A program made the position numbers and the translations under genes. This document shows, one piece after another, positions 27,720 through 38,969 of a DNA stretch of 64,000 nt. Under the pieces are notes generated by a model, which worked only from the letters and a program-made list of their open reading frames with translations, was not told the DNA's origin and did not search any database. Positions within the stretch are counted from its first letter, which is position 1. The number at the start of each line of letters is the position of its first letter. This stretch comes from Candidatus Melainabacteria bacterium 17Bon1m (GTDB taxonomy: Bacteria > Cyanobacteriota > Vampirovibrionia > Obscuribacterales > Obscuribacteraceae), in the NCBI GenBank assembly GCA_032128875.1, contig JAVLKG010000010.1, positions 64,001 to 128,000 of the forward strand, read 5' to 3'.

Positions 27720-29183
27720 TTACCGACTAGCTTTCGCGCTGGCGACGGGGAACCATTTGATTTCGTCGCTGGTAAAGCCGATGATTGGTTGAGTTTCAAA
27801 CTTCAGTGTGCTGGTGTTCAAGATACCGACAGTATCAGTTGCTTCGCTGGACACAAGCAAGTGCTCGCCGTCTGGCATCAATGTTATTTCGCCAGGGAAA
27901 TCCAGATCCAGAGGCAATTTGATTTCTTCGACCTTTTCTTTTGTCTTTAGGTCCAAGACCCAGATAGTGTTCTCTTTTGCGTTGGCGACAAACAATTTCG
28001 TTTCATCATTGTTCAAAGCAACACCGGTGGGCGACGTGCCGGTCGGGAATTTGTGTACAACAGCCTTCTTGTTCAAATCGACAACAGTTACAGTGTTAGC
28101 GCCTTTGCTTGCGACGAAAGCCAATTGACTGTCCTTGCTGACGGTCATGAACCCAGGAGTCGGACCGATTGGAATTGCAGCAACCATGCGCTGGGTTGCA
28201 GTATTGACGAGGGTCAAAACTCCAGCCGTAGCGTTCAATACTAGCAAGTGACTGCCGCTAGGAGTGACTGCAAGACGCCCGGGTCCGGCAGGTACTTTAG
28301 TTCTCGAAAGTACTTTACCCGAAGGAATTTCTAGTACAGCAATCTGATTGGTTGCGCTTTCGGACACATACAGCAGTTTACTTTGCTTGAGCGCTGCAAC
28401 GCCTTTCGGTGCGCACTTTGTCGGCAAATCTATCTGCCCAAGAAAAACACGTTTGGTCGGATCGAATTGAAGAATTCTATGCTTCGTTTGATCTGCAACA
28501 TAGACTATTCCGCCAAAATAGGTGATACCGCAGGGAGTGCCCTCGGTAGGAATCTCATCAATTTTCTTGAATGACTTGTCGTCGATTATCGCAAGCTTTC
28601 CGCAATTTGGTGAAGTGGCAATGACCACTCCAGCGCCACTTGCATCGGGCACAAAGTCTGCCTCTTTAGCCTGCTTCAAGATTGACAGGTCGTCGATGAT
28701 GTTGACTGCAACATCGCTGCGAATTGATTTCAGTGACAGCGGCAAGACGAATCCGTCAGGCACAAGAAGATCGGATGGAAATTTGGAAGTGAGAATGTGT
28801 TTCTTCAACTTCTCGCTCATACCATCAGGCAGTTTCAAGCTGCGATGAGGACCTTGCTGTGTGACTCTAAGAAAAGACCATCCACTGCCGAACACAATGA
28901 GATCGGGCTTTCCACTCGAAGGTAGCGCGGCTAATACCTCCTGTCCTTTGACTGGCTGAAAACCTGCAGGAGGCATTAGAGGCAAGTACAAATCACCAGC
29001 GCCGGTTTGCAACGAACCATCGAGGCGAAAGAGTTTTACCGCAGGCATATGCGTGCCGATTTGTGTTTTCAAATCCGCAGGCAAACGCGTAGCCAGCGCA
29101 AAAGGCGTAAGGGAGCACATCGCCGACACTGCTACCAAAGCAGCAACCGCGAGTCTTCCAATCCTAATGTTGCGTCTCGCCAT
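27720..29183 (-). CDS. Exported YVTN/YncE-type beta-propeller protein
   Basis: Repeats such as [46 protein letters not shown]; signal peptide follows ATG 29183. Confidence 0.85.
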   Translation of the reverse strand: MARRNIRIGRLAVAALVAVSAMCSLTPFALATRLPADLKTQIGTHMPAVKLFRLDGSLQTGAGDLYLPLMPPAGFQPVKGQEVLAALPSSGKPDLIVFGSGWSFLRVTQQGPHRSLKLPDGMSEKLKKHILTSKFPSDLLVPDGFVLPLSLKSIRSDVAVNIIDDLSILKQAKEADFVPDASGAGVVIATSPNCGKLAIIDDKSFKKIDEIPTEGTPCGITYFGGIVYVADQTKHRILQFDPTKRVFLGQIDLPTKCAPKGVAALKQSKLLYVSESATNQIAVLEIPSGKVLSRTKVPAGPGRLAVTPSGSHLLVLNATAGVLTLVNTATQRMVAAIPIGPTPGFMTVSKDSQLAFVASKGANTVTVVDLNKKAVVHKFPTGTSPTGVALNNDETKLFVANAKENTIWVLDLKTKEKVEEIKLPLDLDFPGEITLMPDGEHLLVSSEATDTVGILNTSTLKFETQPIIGFTSDEIKWFPVASAKASR

Positions 29184-30567
29184 TTTTTGGTCTGAATGCG
29201 TCAACAATTTTGTCCAAAAAGGAGTTGTCTTTGGATTCATCCTTTTTCTTCTTAGCGCTCTTTCCTGCGTCTTTTTTCGAATCAGCTTTCTCTGACTTCG
29301 ACCCAGGAGATTCGCTAGAGGGCTTGTCCGAGCCATTATCAGCGGCTTTTTCGTTCTTCTCTTGGTTTTTGCCAGAGTCGTTCTTGTCGTTGTTTTCTTT
29401 GTGATTCTCTTTGTTAGCTTCTTCCGCCTTCGCGATGTCGGCTTTCGAGAGAGTCAGGCGCTCTCCGCGCAGCTCGGCAAGTTTTTCCAAAAGCTTCTTC
29501 TCCTCGCCGGAGAGCTTTGTCGGTGTTTCGACAAGCAAATGCACGATCTGATCGCCACGACGATTGTCTCTGCGTTGTTGTCCGGTAAAGCGCGGCACGC
29601 CCAAGTTCTTCATTGTCATCGTGGTACCGGTTTGTGTCCCGGCGTTGATTTTGAGCGGCTTGGCCCCTTCGACAGTCGGCACCAAAATTTCGCCACCGAG
29701 AGCAGCCAACGAGTAGCTGATAGGCTGACGGATGTGGATTGTTTCGCCGTCGCGAATAAATGTCTCGTGTTCTTTTATATGCAGCACAACAAAGAGGTCG
29801 CCGAACGGACCGCCCTTGCGTCCCTTATCACCGCCGGCTTGAACGCGCAGACGTGTACCCGAGTCGATGCCGGCAGGAATTTTGATTTGAAATTCTTTCT
29901 GCTTGCGGACAAGCGCTTCGCCCTTGCAATCTTTGCAGGGCTTATCGATTTTGCTGCCAGAGCCGTGGCAGGCAGGGCAAGCGATCACGCGCAGGGCTTG
30001 ACCAAAGAATGTGTTGATTACTTGCTGAACCTGACCGACTCCGGCGCAGGTGACGCAAGGTACCGGATTGCTGCCTGGCGCAGCACCCGAGCCACTGCAA
30101 GATTCGCAGTCTTCTAGGCGACGAACATTGACGGTCTTCTCTGTGCCAAATACGGCGTCGAGAAACTCGATCTCCATGTCGAACTTGAGATGGGCGCCTT
30201 GCTCAGGTCCGCCGCGACGGCCGCCGCGCATGCCGCCACCACCGCCGAAGAAGGAATCCAGCATATCGACAATATCATCCATGCCGAAGCCGGAGAAATT
30301 GCTGAAGTCGAAATTGTCGAACCCTTGACCGGCGCCTTTGACACCTTCGTGTCCATAGCGGTCGTAGTTGGCTCGCTTTTGCTGGTCAGAAAGCACTTCG
30401 TAAGCTTCTGCCAGCTCTTTGAACGCTTGCTCGTCGCCGCTGTCCTTATTGTCTGGATGCAAGTGACGTGCTTTGTTGCGGAAGGATTTTTTGATCTCTT
30501 CTGCGCTTGCGCTTTTCGGGACACCTAAAGTTTCGTAGTAATCTTTCTTGCTCGTCATAGTAGCCAT
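29164..30567 (-). CDS. dnaJ: Chaperone DnaJ with charged C-terminal tail
   Basis: J domain with HPD, G/F region, four CxxCxGxG-type repeats, C-terminal domain. Confidence 0.97.
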   Translation of the reverse strand: MATMTSKKDYYETLGVPKSASAEEIKKSFRNKARHLHPDNKDSGDEQAFKELAEAYEVLSDQQKRANYDRYGHEGVKGAGQGFDNFDFSNFSGFGMDDIVDMLDSFFGGGGGMRGGRRGGPEQGAHLKFDMEIEFLDAVFGTEKTVNVRRLEDCESCSGSGAAPGSNPVPCVTCAGVGQVQQVINTFFGQALRVIACPACHGSGSKIDKPCKDCKGEALVRKQKEFQIKIPAGIDSGTRLRVQAGGDKGRKGGPFGDLFVVLHIKEHETFIRDGETIHIRQPISYSLAALGGEILVPTVEGAKPLKINAGTQTGTTMTMKNLGVPRFTGQQRRDNRRGDQIVHLLVETPTKLSGEEKKLLEKLAELRGERLTLSKADIAKAEEANKENHKENNDKNDSGKNQEKNEKAADNGSDKPSSESPGSKSEKADSKKDAGKSAKKKKDESKDNSFLDKIVDAFRPKNGETQH

Positions 30568-30653
30568 CGTGATACCTGTTTACCTAGTTTACCCGACTAA
30601 ATTACGCATCTCAGAACGACCAATTCGGTCAATTCTCAGCATACGATTTTAAG

Positions 30654-32774
30654 TCAGGAATCGCCCCCACTAAAAGATTTCTGACGACCCGCGTCGAGCG
30701 TTTCGCCACCTTTGACCGACTTCTTTTCGTTGCCGGTAGGAACTGATTTCTTGCATTCCTGCAGAATCGTGTTGAGCGTGTTGAGCTCAGCTTTTACACT
30801 TTCAGGATTTCCGCTTTCCAACGCTTTTCTCATAACCGCGCCCGCTTTAGCGAGACGATCGAGAAGAACCGCTTCGAGAGTGGAATTCTGTTCAATAAAC
30901 TTGTCTGTTTCGCTGATCAAAGAGTCAGCCTGAATCAATAGTTCTGGCTTCAATTGACCTGGTTCGCCTAATTCGATCGGACCGGATTCCATCAATGGAT
31001 TTTTCTTCTTGGTGGTCGGAGGCACTGTCTGCCTGCCACTCGTGTGAATCGCGCGGCCCAGTTCGAGGAGTGAAACATCGAGACCGGCTTTGTGCGACTT
31101 GAGGTCTTCGAGGTTTTCTCTAACTAGCGCGTCTTTCACAGTAGCCATCGAGCGCTTAACTTTCTCAACGACAGCCTTGTCGACACGGTCGCCATATTTT
31201 TCGATAGTCCGTTCGGCTTCAGCGTAAAGTGCTTCGGCTGCGACAGTTGTAGAAACTTTTTCTTTGGTGTAGCGATCCTGATCGGCGAATTGCTCGGCTT
31301 CTTTTTGCAAAGCTTCGACTTCGTCCGGGCTGAGACCAGTGCTGCGCTGAACGGTAATTGAATGCTTGATGCCGGAGCCGTGGTCACGTGCAGAGCAATG
31401 AAGAATTCCATCAGCGTCGATATCGAAAGTGACTTCGATCTTTGGCACTCCTCGTGGTGCCGGAGGAATTCCGGTCAGATGGAATTTTGCCAGCGACATA
31501 TTGGCATTAGCGACTTCGCGCTCGCCTTGCAAAACGTGCACTTCAACTGATGTTTGACCATCTTCTGTCGTCGTAAACGTCATCGTGCGGCTGGTTGGAA
31601 TTGTAGTGTTGCGGTCAATGATTCGAGTAAACAAACCACCGGCAGTCTCAATTCCAAGCGAAAGGGGAGTGACGTCCAGAAGCAAAACGTCTTGAACATC
31701 GCCCGCCAAAATAGACGCTTGAATGGCTGCTCCGAGTGCGACTGCCTCATCGGGATTAACCGACTTAGACGGATCTTTGCCGAAGAAACGACGAATGCTG
31801 TCTTGCACAGCAGGAATACGTGTTGAGCCACCAACCAAAATGATCTGCTCGATGTTGTCCGGCGACAGTCCTGCGTCTTCGAGTGCTTGATGAAGAGGAC
31901 CAAGCGTCTGCTCAACCAGATGATGGCTTAATTCGTTGAACTTGGTGCGAGTAAGGGTGGCTTGCAAATGCCTTGGACCCGAAGCATCGGCGGTCAAGAA
32001 CGGTAAATTCACTTCCGTGGAAATAGCCGATGATAATTCAATCTTGGCTTTCTCGGCGGTTTCTTTCAAGCGCTGGCGCGCCATCAAATCATTGGAAATA
32101 TCAAGCCCGGTGCTGGTGCGAAACTCATCAACAAGCCAGTCCATAATCGCCTGGTCGAAGTCGTCTCCGCCCAGTCTGTTGTTGCCGCTAGTGGCTTTCA
32201 CTTCGAAGACGCCATCGGTGATTTCAAGGATGGATACGTCGAAGGTTCCGCCGCCAAGATCGAAAACCAGAATGGTGGCATGCTCAGACAGCCGATTGAG
32301 ACCATACGCAAGAGCCGACGCGGTCGGTTCATTGATAATGCGCATAACATCGAGACCGGCAATTTGACCAGCATCGCGCGTCGCCTGTCTTTGCAGATCG
32401 TTGAAATAAGCAGGCACGGTGATAACTGCCCGACTAATGGTTTCGCCCAAATAAGCTTCAGCATCAGCCTTCAACTTCTGCAAAATCATTGCAGAAATTT
32501 GCTCCGGGCTATTATCCACGCCATCTATGTTGACGCGATAATTGGTGCCCATCTCGCGCTTGATCGACTGCACTGTGCGCTGGTGATTGGTAACCGCCTG
32601 ACGCTTACCGAGTTCTCCAACCAGGCGCTCGCCAGACTTCGTAAACGCCACCACCGATGGTGTGGTGCGCGCTCCTTCGGAATTCTGCACGATAGTCGGA
32701 CTGCCACCTTCAAAAATGGCTACGCACGAGAAGGTGGTGCCGAGATCTATGCCGATTATCCGGTCGCTAGTCAT
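30654..32774 (-). CDS. dnaK: Chaperone DnaK (Hsp70) with extended C-terminus
   Basis: [44 protein letters not shown]. Confidence 0.97.
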   Translation of the reverse strand: MTSDRIIGIDLGTTFSCVAIFEGGSPTIVQNSEGARTTPSVVAFTKSGERLVGELGKRQAVTNHQRTVQSIKREMGTNYRVNIDGVDNSPEQISAMILQKLKADAEAYLGETISRAVITVPAYFNDLQRQATRDAGQIAGLDVMRIINEPTASALAYGLNRLSEHATILVFDLGGGTFDVSILEITDGVFEVKATSGNNRLGGDDFDQAIMDWLVDEFRTSTGLDISNDLMARQRLKETAEKAKIELSSAISTEVNLPFLTADASGPRHLQATLTRTKFNELSHHLVEQTLGPLHQALEDAGLSPDNIEQIILVGGSTRIPAVQDSIRRFFGKDPSKSVNPDEAVALGAAIQASILAGDVQDVLLLDVTPLSLGIETAGGLFTRIIDRNTTIPTSRTMTFTTTEDGQTSVEVHVLQGEREVANANMSLAKFHLTGIPPAPRGVPKIEVTFDIDADGILHCSARDHGSGIKHSITVQRSTGLSPDEVEALQKEAEQFADQDRYTKEKVSTTVAAEALYAEAERTIEKYGDRVDKAVVEKVKRSMATVKDALVRENLEDLKSHKAGLDVSLLELGRAIHTSGRQTVPPTTKKKNPLMESGPIELGEPGQLKPELLIQADSLISETDKFIEQNSTLEAVLLDRLAKAGAVMRKALESGNPESVKAELNTLNTILQECKKSVPTGNEKKSVKGGETLDAGRQKSFSGGDS

Positions 32775-34003
32775 CAGTCGTCTGTTACCTTCGCAGGCTG
32801 GGCTTCAGGAAGCTCTTCTACGGGCACGTCAACGGCATCTTCTTCAGAGATTTCGTAGACCTGAACCGCATCATCAGCATCGCTGCTTTCCGCGGCCGAA
32901 GCGGTCAATTCCATTTCGGGCAATTCATTTACCGGAGGAATGTTGATGTCGACGGTCTCAGTACCTGCGCCTCTTGAGCTATCGTCAGTCTTAACCAGAT
33001 TTTGCAAAGCTTGTCCGGTGGATTCGGCACTAGGGGCTGCTGGGGCGGCTTCGGCAGCCGGCGCGGCTTCAGCGGCAGGCGCTTCGGCGACGGTGGCTTC
33101 TGCCGGTGCTTCGGCTTCAGCAGGTGCTGCTTCCGCTTGCGGCGAGGCGGCGGCTTCTGCTGCAGCTACATCGCCAACCCAGTCAGGAGTGGCGGCCGGT
33201 GCAGGCGGAGCGGCTGCGGCGGCAGCTGCGGCTTTGGCAGCTTCTTCAGCGGCTTCTTCTTCGCTGAGTGCAGCAGTTACGTTGACCAGAGCAGGACGCA
33301 ATACGCGATCTTTGAACATAAAACCGCGACGAAGCTCATGGATAACGGTCGAATCAGGATATTGATTGGTTTTGATTTCTTGCACAGGCTCATGCAAGCG
33401 TGGGTCGAAAGGCTCGCCGATTACGGTCAGCGGCTTGACTCCAACTTGCTCCATGCAACGCGTGAATGAGTTGGCGCAGAGGCGGAATGCATCCAAAATC
33501 GCTTTGGATTCCATGTTGGGATTGAGTGTCTGCTGCGCGCGGTCTAAATCGTCAACCGCAGGCAATATAGCTTCGATTGCACGAAGTGCACCATTTGCGG
33601 AAAACTCTTCACGCTCTTTTTCCGTGCGGCGGCGATAATTTTCAAAGTCAGCAGCAAGCCGCTTCATGTGAGAATCGGTCTCAGCATTCTTTGTTTCGAG
33701 TTCGGCGACTTGTTGCTCTAAATCTCTAATGCGCTGAGTATCAGCCGCTGACGATTGACCTTGACCCGCGGGTCTGCCCATATCCATGCCGAAATCTTCA
33801 GGAGCCGCATCCTCACCGGCATACATCGCTCGGTAGAAAGCTTTCGCAGCGTTCATTCGCCCGCCGCCCTTCTCCTCTTCTTTTTTTGGCGCTTCCAATT
33901 CCGCTAAAGGCTCACTGGAGCCGTTGCCGGCTGCCGGCGCGGGTGCTTGCGACTCCTGTCCCTCTTCGGGTTTAGAAATTTTGTCGTCGTCTTCCGTTGA
34001 CAT
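32774..34003 (-). CDS. grpE: Nucleotide exchange factor GrpE with long N- and C-terminal extensions
   Basis: [43 protein letters not shown] coupling to dnaK. Confidence 0.95.
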   Translation of the reverse strand: MSTEDDDKISKPEEGQESQAPAPAAGNGSSEPLAELEAPKKEEEKGGGRMNAAKAFYRAMYAGEDAAPEDFGMDMGRPAGQGQSSAADTQRIRDLEQQVAELETKNAETDSHMKRLAADFENYRRRTEKEREEFSANGALRAIEAILPAVDDLDRAQQTLNPNMESKAILDAFRLCANSFTRCMEQVGVKPLTVIGEPFDPRLHEPVQEIKTNQYPDSTVIHELRRGFMFKDRVLRPALVNVTAALSEEEAAEEAAKAAAAAAAAPPAPAATPDWVGDVAAAEAAASPQAEAAPAEAEAPAEATVAEAPAAEAAPAAEAAPAAPSAESTGQALQNLVKTDDSSRGAGTETVDINIPPVNELPEMELTASAAESSDADDAVQVYEISEEDAVDVPVEELPEAQPAKVTDD

Positions 34004-34294
34004 TCAACAGGTCTCCCAGACTGATCTTGACATGCGTCCGGATGGATCATCCGAAGCTAAAGTAATTTCTCAACATTCGACAACCCAGACTAAAATGCCT
34101 CGATTTGTCGACGGCGTCTGCCGTGAACACCGGCACGCACTCAGGAACGGAGCCCCGCTGGCGCCAGATGTAGAATCCCCCTCTGAAGACTCCTCATATA
34201 ATTCTAGGGTATTGAAGACCTAATCTTGCTAGATTTGCAATTTAACAATATATGTCGCCATAATTGGCGACTCACTTGAAATCTCACCAGTTAT

Positions 34295-35368
34295 ATGGAG
34301 CGGGCTGTGGCAACCTATCTCGAACCCCAAGCGCGTCTGGCTATCTATGCGGAAGGCGAGTTTGGAAAGAAACATGCAAAGACTGCCGAGGGAGTGATCC
34401 GATATGGGCGAAACCCAGTGGCGGCGGTCATTGATAGCGAAAAGTCTGGGGCAACTGTACGCGAGGCGGTTGGTCTGAACTGCGATGCGCCCATAGTGGC
34501 ATCTGTGGGCGATTCTCTCAAACACTCACCCTCAGCCCTCCTTTTAGGAACCGCCTGGACAGGCGGGGCGCTGCCGCCGCACTGGCGCAAGGACATCATC
34601 CATGCGCTGGAATCCGGTATGGATATCGTTAATGGTCTGCACGATTTTCTTGAGAACGACGCCGAAATCTCAGCCGTCGCCAAGCGGCACGGGCGGAGGC
34701 TTTTCGACGTTCGCAAACCGCCAATGCCACTGCCGGTGGGCGCGGGGCTGGCAAGGAACCTGAAGCAACACGTAGTACTGACCGTCGGCACCGACTGCTC
34801 GGTCGGCAAAATGACAGCTTCGCTGGAACTAGACGCTGAAGCGAGGCGCCGCGGCAAGCGCAGCAAATTCGTCGCAACCGGTCAGACCGGCATCATGATT
34901 TGTGGCGAAGGCATCGCTATCGACCGTGTCATCGGCGACTTTATGGCAGGCGCCACCGAAGAGATGGTGATGAACGCCGCCAAAGACCACGACTATATCT
35001 TTGTCGAAGGTCAAGGTTCGCTCTCGCACCCGGGTTTTTCCGGAGTGAGCCTGGCGCTGATACATGGCTCGGCTCCGAAGACTATGATTTTGGTCACAAA
35101 GGCGACCAAGACGAATATTTGCGAACTGCCACTACCTTTGCCATCGCTCACTACGACAATAAAAGCAAATGAGCATATGGCTTCACTGTTAAGACCAGCT
35201 AAAGTAGTCGGAATTGCCATGAACACATGGGGCATGAGCAAGGAAGATGCAGACCGCGCAATTCAACAAGCGCGGGAAGAAACCGGGCTGCCATGCCAAG
35301 ATCCGGTCCGTGACGGAGTTAAAGAACTTTTCGACGCCATCATTGCCAACGAGGAGAACAACAAGTGA
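34295..35368 (+). CDS. DUF1611 family protein (DgcN-like P-loop protein)
   Basis: AKTAEGVIRY, NGLH, VGTDCSVGKM, ATGQTGI, VEGQGSL.HP, LIHGSAP. Confidence 0.9.
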   Translation: MERAVATYLEPQARLAIYAEGEFGKKHAKTAEGVIRYGRNPVAAVIDSEKSGATVREAVGLNCDAPIVASVGDSLKHSPSALLLGTAWTGGALPPHWRKDIIHALESGMDIVNGLHDFLENDAEISAVAKRHGRRLFDVRKPPMPLPVGAGLARNLKQHVVLTVGTDCSVGKMTASLELDAEARRRGKRSKFVATGQTGIMICGEGIAIDRVIGDFMAGATEEMVMNAAKDHDYIFVEGQGSLSHPGFSGVSLALIHGSAPKTMILVTKATKTNICELPLPLPSLTTTIKANEHMASLLRPAKVVGIAMNTWGMSKEDADRAIQQAREETGLPCQDPVRDGVKELFDAIIANEENNK

Positions 35369-36423
35369 GCACCACAACACGCGCAAAAAATGCGATTGCA
35401 TTGAATTTCGAAAAGTTGGAGATGACGACGACACACCCGTTTGGCATTTCGTACGGAACATCGGAAAAAACCCACAACGTTCTCGTCAAACTTGATTATC
35501 AAGGTCTGACCGGACTGGGCGAAGCCGCTCCAGCCGAATATCACAATGAAAGCCAAGCGACTGTCATGGCTGTTCTCGACACATTTGCAAAATCGGATAT
35601 TCTCGGCGACGATCCATTTGCAATTGCAGAAATATCTCGTCGAATGGACAAGGCAATCGCCGGTAATGCCTCTGCCAAAGCGGCAGTCGAAATGGCACTG
35701 CACGATCTCTGCGGAAAAGTTTTGAGTTGCCCGACTTACAAAATGCTCGGACTGTCTAACCTGCAGCCACCGATCACCGACTTCACCATCGGCATTGCCG
35801 ATCCCGATATGATCGAGAGAAAGACTCACGAAGCGGTACAACAAGGATACAAAGTTCTGAAGGTCAAACAAGGAACTTCCTTCGATCACGAGATCATCAA
35901 GCGCGTGCGCAAAGCGGCTCCGGATCTACCGCTGCGCGTTGATGCAAACGGTGGATGGACTCCTAAGCGAGCAATCGAGATGTCGAAATTCTTGCACGAA
36001 AATGGCGTTCAATTTATTGAACAACCGTTGCCGAAGTATGCACTTTACGATGATTGGAAAATGGTCAAAGAAGGCTCTCCCATCCCAATTTATGCAGATG
36101 AAAGTATTTGCCGCTCCAACGATGTAGCCCGACTCGCTGGTGCCATAGACGGTGTCGTCGTGAAATTGGCAAAAACCGGTGGACTGCTCGAAGCGCTGAA
36201 AGTAATTCACACCGCACGGGCTTTCTCCATGCAGATTATGTTCGGTTGCATGATTGAATCTTCGGTAGGCGTCACCGCGGCAGTTCACCTCGCATCGCTC
36301 GTGGATCATCTTGATCTCGACGGCGCGTTACTTTTGTCAGACGACCCTTACCTCGGTGCTGTCTATGACGATGGTTATTTAAAACTGTCTGACAGACCAG
36401 GTCTCGGTGTCATTCCGCGTTAG
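35365..36423 (+). CDS. Enolase-superfamily dipeptide epimerase / N-acyl amino acid racemase (DgcA-like)
   Basis: LKVK, VDANGGW, IEQP, ADES, VKLAKTGG, GCMIES, DLDG; GTGA overlap with the DUF1611 gene. Confidence 0.9.
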   Translation: MSTTTRAKNAIALNFEKLEMTTTHPFGISYGTSEKTHNVLVKLDYQGLTGLGEAAPAEYHNESQATVMAVLDTFAKSDILGDDPFAIAEISRRMDKAIAGNASAKAAVEMALHDLCGKVLSCPTYKMLGLSNLQPPITDFTIGIADPDMIERKTHEAVQQGYKVLKVKQGTSFDHEIIKRVRKAAPDLPLRVDANGGWTPKRAIEMSKFLHENGVQFIEQPLPKYALYDDWKMVKEGSPIPIYADESICRSNDVARLAGAIDGVVVKLAKTGGLLEALKVIHTARAFSMQIMFGCMIESSVGVTAAVHLASLVDHLDLDGALLLSDDPYLGAVYDDGYLKLSDRPGLGVIPR

Positions 36424-36437
36424 GCAACCCAGAATCT

Positions 36438-36490
36438 GTAGGGGAGGCACATGTGCCTCCCAGCCTGGGAACCGCATGCGGTTCCCGTAC
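36438..36490. repeat. REP-like doublet
   Basis: GTAG-GGGAGGCAC-AT-GTGCCTCCC then GGGAACCGC-AT-GCGGTTCCC-GTAC; close relative at 55823. Confidence 0.8.
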
Positions 36491-36501
36491 GAATCTTCAA
36501 T

Positions 36502-37416
36502 TTAGCCCCAGTTTTTCAGGCGCTCTTTGATGCGTTCGATTGTGTGTTTCGAATAAAGACGAAACACCATAAACGGCGTCTTGCCTGCAACTTGAGCAAC
36601 CACCGATTGACTTGCCAAATCGCAAATAACAATTGTCGCGTACTTCATCATGTACTTAAGTTCGGTTTCGTCTGTCGTCAAAACAGATCTCACGGCAATC
36701 TGTTCGCCACGTTGCGCAGCCAAAAGTTTCGTCGCCATATTGAGCAGTGTCTGGCTTTGCGAAACTAACAGCACAAGACTTCCATCCTTCAGTTCTTGCA
36801 CATGGTCTAGCTCTTGACGCGCCGGTTCAATATCACAAACAATCAAACGAGTGCGATCCGCAATCAAGTTTTCGAACGCGAACACGTGGTAAAGACTGGT
36901 AATGACGAGGGAATCAGGCAGCCAATCTTTGTGGTCCTGCATTTCCTCTGTTGTCATTGCGACAATTTCATTGGAAAACTCAGGCTGCAACTCTGCAAGC
37001 TGGACAGCATGGAAATCCTTGTTTCGATCAACAACGATAATGCGCTTCACAGGCTTCTTCTCAAGCATGCTTTGCAAAAGTGGTTTCACTTGATCGCGGG
37101 AAAAACCGTTTTCACTGACCATTGCCAAAAAATCCTGACACAATTTGGTGAGATCGGTGTTTTTGACTTCGGCCTTGGCCTTTCCGGCAACTCGCACGCC
37201 TGAGCCCTGGCGAATATCCAGAAGCCCGACTCCGGCCAAATGATTGTACGCAGCGGTAATAGTGCTGTAGTGAATGCCGAGACGCTGAGCCAGAGCGCGA
37301 ATACTCGGCAGCTTTTCTTGACTCTTCAACGCTCCGGATGCGATTTGCAGAGCGATCTGCTCGATCAACTGATCGCGAATCGGAACTGCACTTTCTTTGT
37401 TGATTGAGACTTTCAC
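36502..37416 (-). CDS. GntR family transcriptional regulator
   Basis: PIRDQL, KLPSIRALAQRLGIH..TITAAYNHL, RQGSG; about 220-aa C-terminal domain. Confidence 0.9.
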   Translation of the reverse strand: MKVSINKESAVPIRDQLIEQIALQIASGALKSQEKLPSIRALAQRLGIHYSTITAAYNHLAGVGLLDIRQGSGVRVAGKAKAEVKNTDLTKLCQDFLAMVSENGFSRDQVKPLLQSMLEKKPVKRIIVVDRNKDFHAVQLAELQPEFSNEIVAMTTEEMQDHKDWLPDSLVITSLYHVFAFENLIADRTRLIVCDIEPARQELDHVQELKDGSLVLLVSQSQTLLNMATKLLAAQRGEQIAVRSVLTTDETELKYMMKYATIVICDLASQSVVAQVAGKTPFMVFRLYSKHTIERIKERLKNWG

Positions 37417-37681
37417 TTCTTGACCTGAAAAGGCTGGCGCTCCGAACTATATCAATCAATCCGCTTCAAATCATTTCAGATCATTTCAGATCGCGTCAGA
37501 TCTTTCCAAACAAAAAATCGGCACTTTTGGAGTTAGAGAGCGTACTCCGGCAGCGCCGATTTTTCGATTTTGTCTTTGGCTCCTCAATCAACTCGAGACA
37601 GATCAAACAGATCCAAATTGACTGTGGAATTTTCACGAGAGCTACGACAATGCCAATGACTGCAAGGAGTTTGCCAAATTT

Positions 37682-37696
37682 TGCAAATCATTCTCA
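37682..37696. promoter_or_regulatory. Fur-box-like 7-1-7 site
   Basis: TGCAAAT-C-ATTCTCA versus consensus TGATAAT-N-ATTATCA, in the divergent region upstream of a Fur-family gene. Confidence 0.45.
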
Positions 37697-37986
37697 CTAC
37701 CGAGACCGCTAAAACGTTACTATTTGCGATTTGCTCTGTCAATTAACCATACCTCATTTTTATATCCTTTAGACAGGGACAAAAATGAAATTTTCGGACA
37801 GGGTTGCTTTTAACAAGCTTGTCAGAAGAAATCTTAAATGAGAAACTCGTTCAAGATTGTCATGCGCATTTTCGGCTAACGTAACGACCCATAAATCCCA
37901 GCCCTTCTGCAATTTGACACCGTAGAGCACGAAGGAATATCATCTTTATCTGAACTGACAATTTTCTCAATAGCGTTTTCAATACG

Positions 37987-38736
37987 ATGACAAACAAGCC
38001 TGGCGACAATCTCGAAAATCCATCGCCAAATAAAGCACAACTTGATCCCTCCGACGAACATATAGAGGATCGCGAAGGCAAAGAGGACCGAGACGGTCTT
38101 TCCAAGTCTGCGAAAAAAGCAGGGCGCCACGGTCAGTCACAGGAATCGATATCCACCATTGTCAAGTCATTCCCGAAAGGCACCCACGTAACTGCGGCGG
38201 AGGTGTACGAACGTGCAATTGAGATGGGCTATGAACTCAGCCTCTCGACTGTTTATCGCAATCTGCATCGATTAAAGGCAGACGGCAACGTCAACACTGT
38301 TTCCGGTGACCGCGGTATGCGCTATGAGCCAGCCGAAGAAGGTCCGGACCACGACCACTTGATCTGCCTGGGCTGCGGATTGACGATTGAGTTTATCGAC
38401 GATTTGATACGCGGCTTTGGTAAATCTGTTGCTCAACGCAAGGGCTTCGACCATAGGTCCAGTCGTTTCGACATTCTTGGATATTGCGGAGATTGTCGTG
38501 CCAAAGACGAGACCTATCGCTTAAAACAAGTCGTTGACTTGATTTCAAACTCAGAAACTCTAATCGATGACTCACTCACTTCGCTGCGGCAATCTGTGGA
38601 TCTGATCGATTCGCGCAAGTCATCGAAAGCACAACAGCAGTTAGAAAATACTGTCGTACGCTTGAGCGAGGCGGTAAAACTCTGCCAGCAAGCGCTTGCA
38701 GTGCTGCCCAAATCAGCCGAAGAAAACTCACAATAA
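37987..38736 (+). CDS. Fur family transcriptional regulator with N- and C-terminal extensions
   Basis: HVTAAEVY, LSTVYRNL, HDHLICLGCG, GYCGDC. Confidence 0.9.
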   Translation: MTNKPGDNLENPSPNKAQLDPSDEHIEDREGKEDRDGLSKSAKKAGRHGQSQESISTIVKSFPKGTHVTAAEVYERAIEMGYELSLSTVYRNLHRLKADGNVNTVSGDRGMRYEPAEEGPDHDHLICLGCGLTIEFIDDLIRGFGKSVAQRKGFDHRSSRFDILGYCGDCRAKDETYRLKQVVDLISNSETLIDDSLTSLRQSVDLIDSRKSSKAQQQLENTVVRLSEAVKLCQQALAVLPKSAEENSQ

Positions 38737-38738
38737 TC

Positions 38739-38950
38739 GTCGGGACGATGCCATGCGTCGCCCGGTTCGCGAAGCGGCGCATGGCATGCGCCTTTTCGCG
38801 CGGGCGGCGTGAACGCCGCCCCTACAAACACAGGCGGACGAGCGAAGGTCGCCGAGAAGGCGTCCAAAGCGAGTAGAAAAGGCGAGCGGAGGTCCGCGCG
38901 CAGCAAGGACCGGAGCGCATAAAACAGAGCCGCGCGCAACGCGCCCCCAC
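38739..38950. repeat. Cluster of REP-like palindromes
   Basis: GGGACGATGC-CAT-GCGTCGCCC, GGCGCATG-G-CATGCGCC, GGGCGGCGT-GA-ACGCCGCCC-CTAC, GCGCGCAACGCGCCCCCAC between convergent genes. Confidence 0.75.
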
Positions 38951-38969
38951 GAGTTTCAAAGCTAAACTC

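Noticed and set aside
33030-33260. GC-rich quasi-repeats in grpE (and at 60300-60460)
   Set aside because: They encode Ala/Pro-rich protein linkers and are not independent DNA repeats.
37404-37712. 102-aa plus-strand ORF in the gntR-fur intergenic region
   Set aside because: No RBS, overlaps likely promoter elements, no recognisable protein features.
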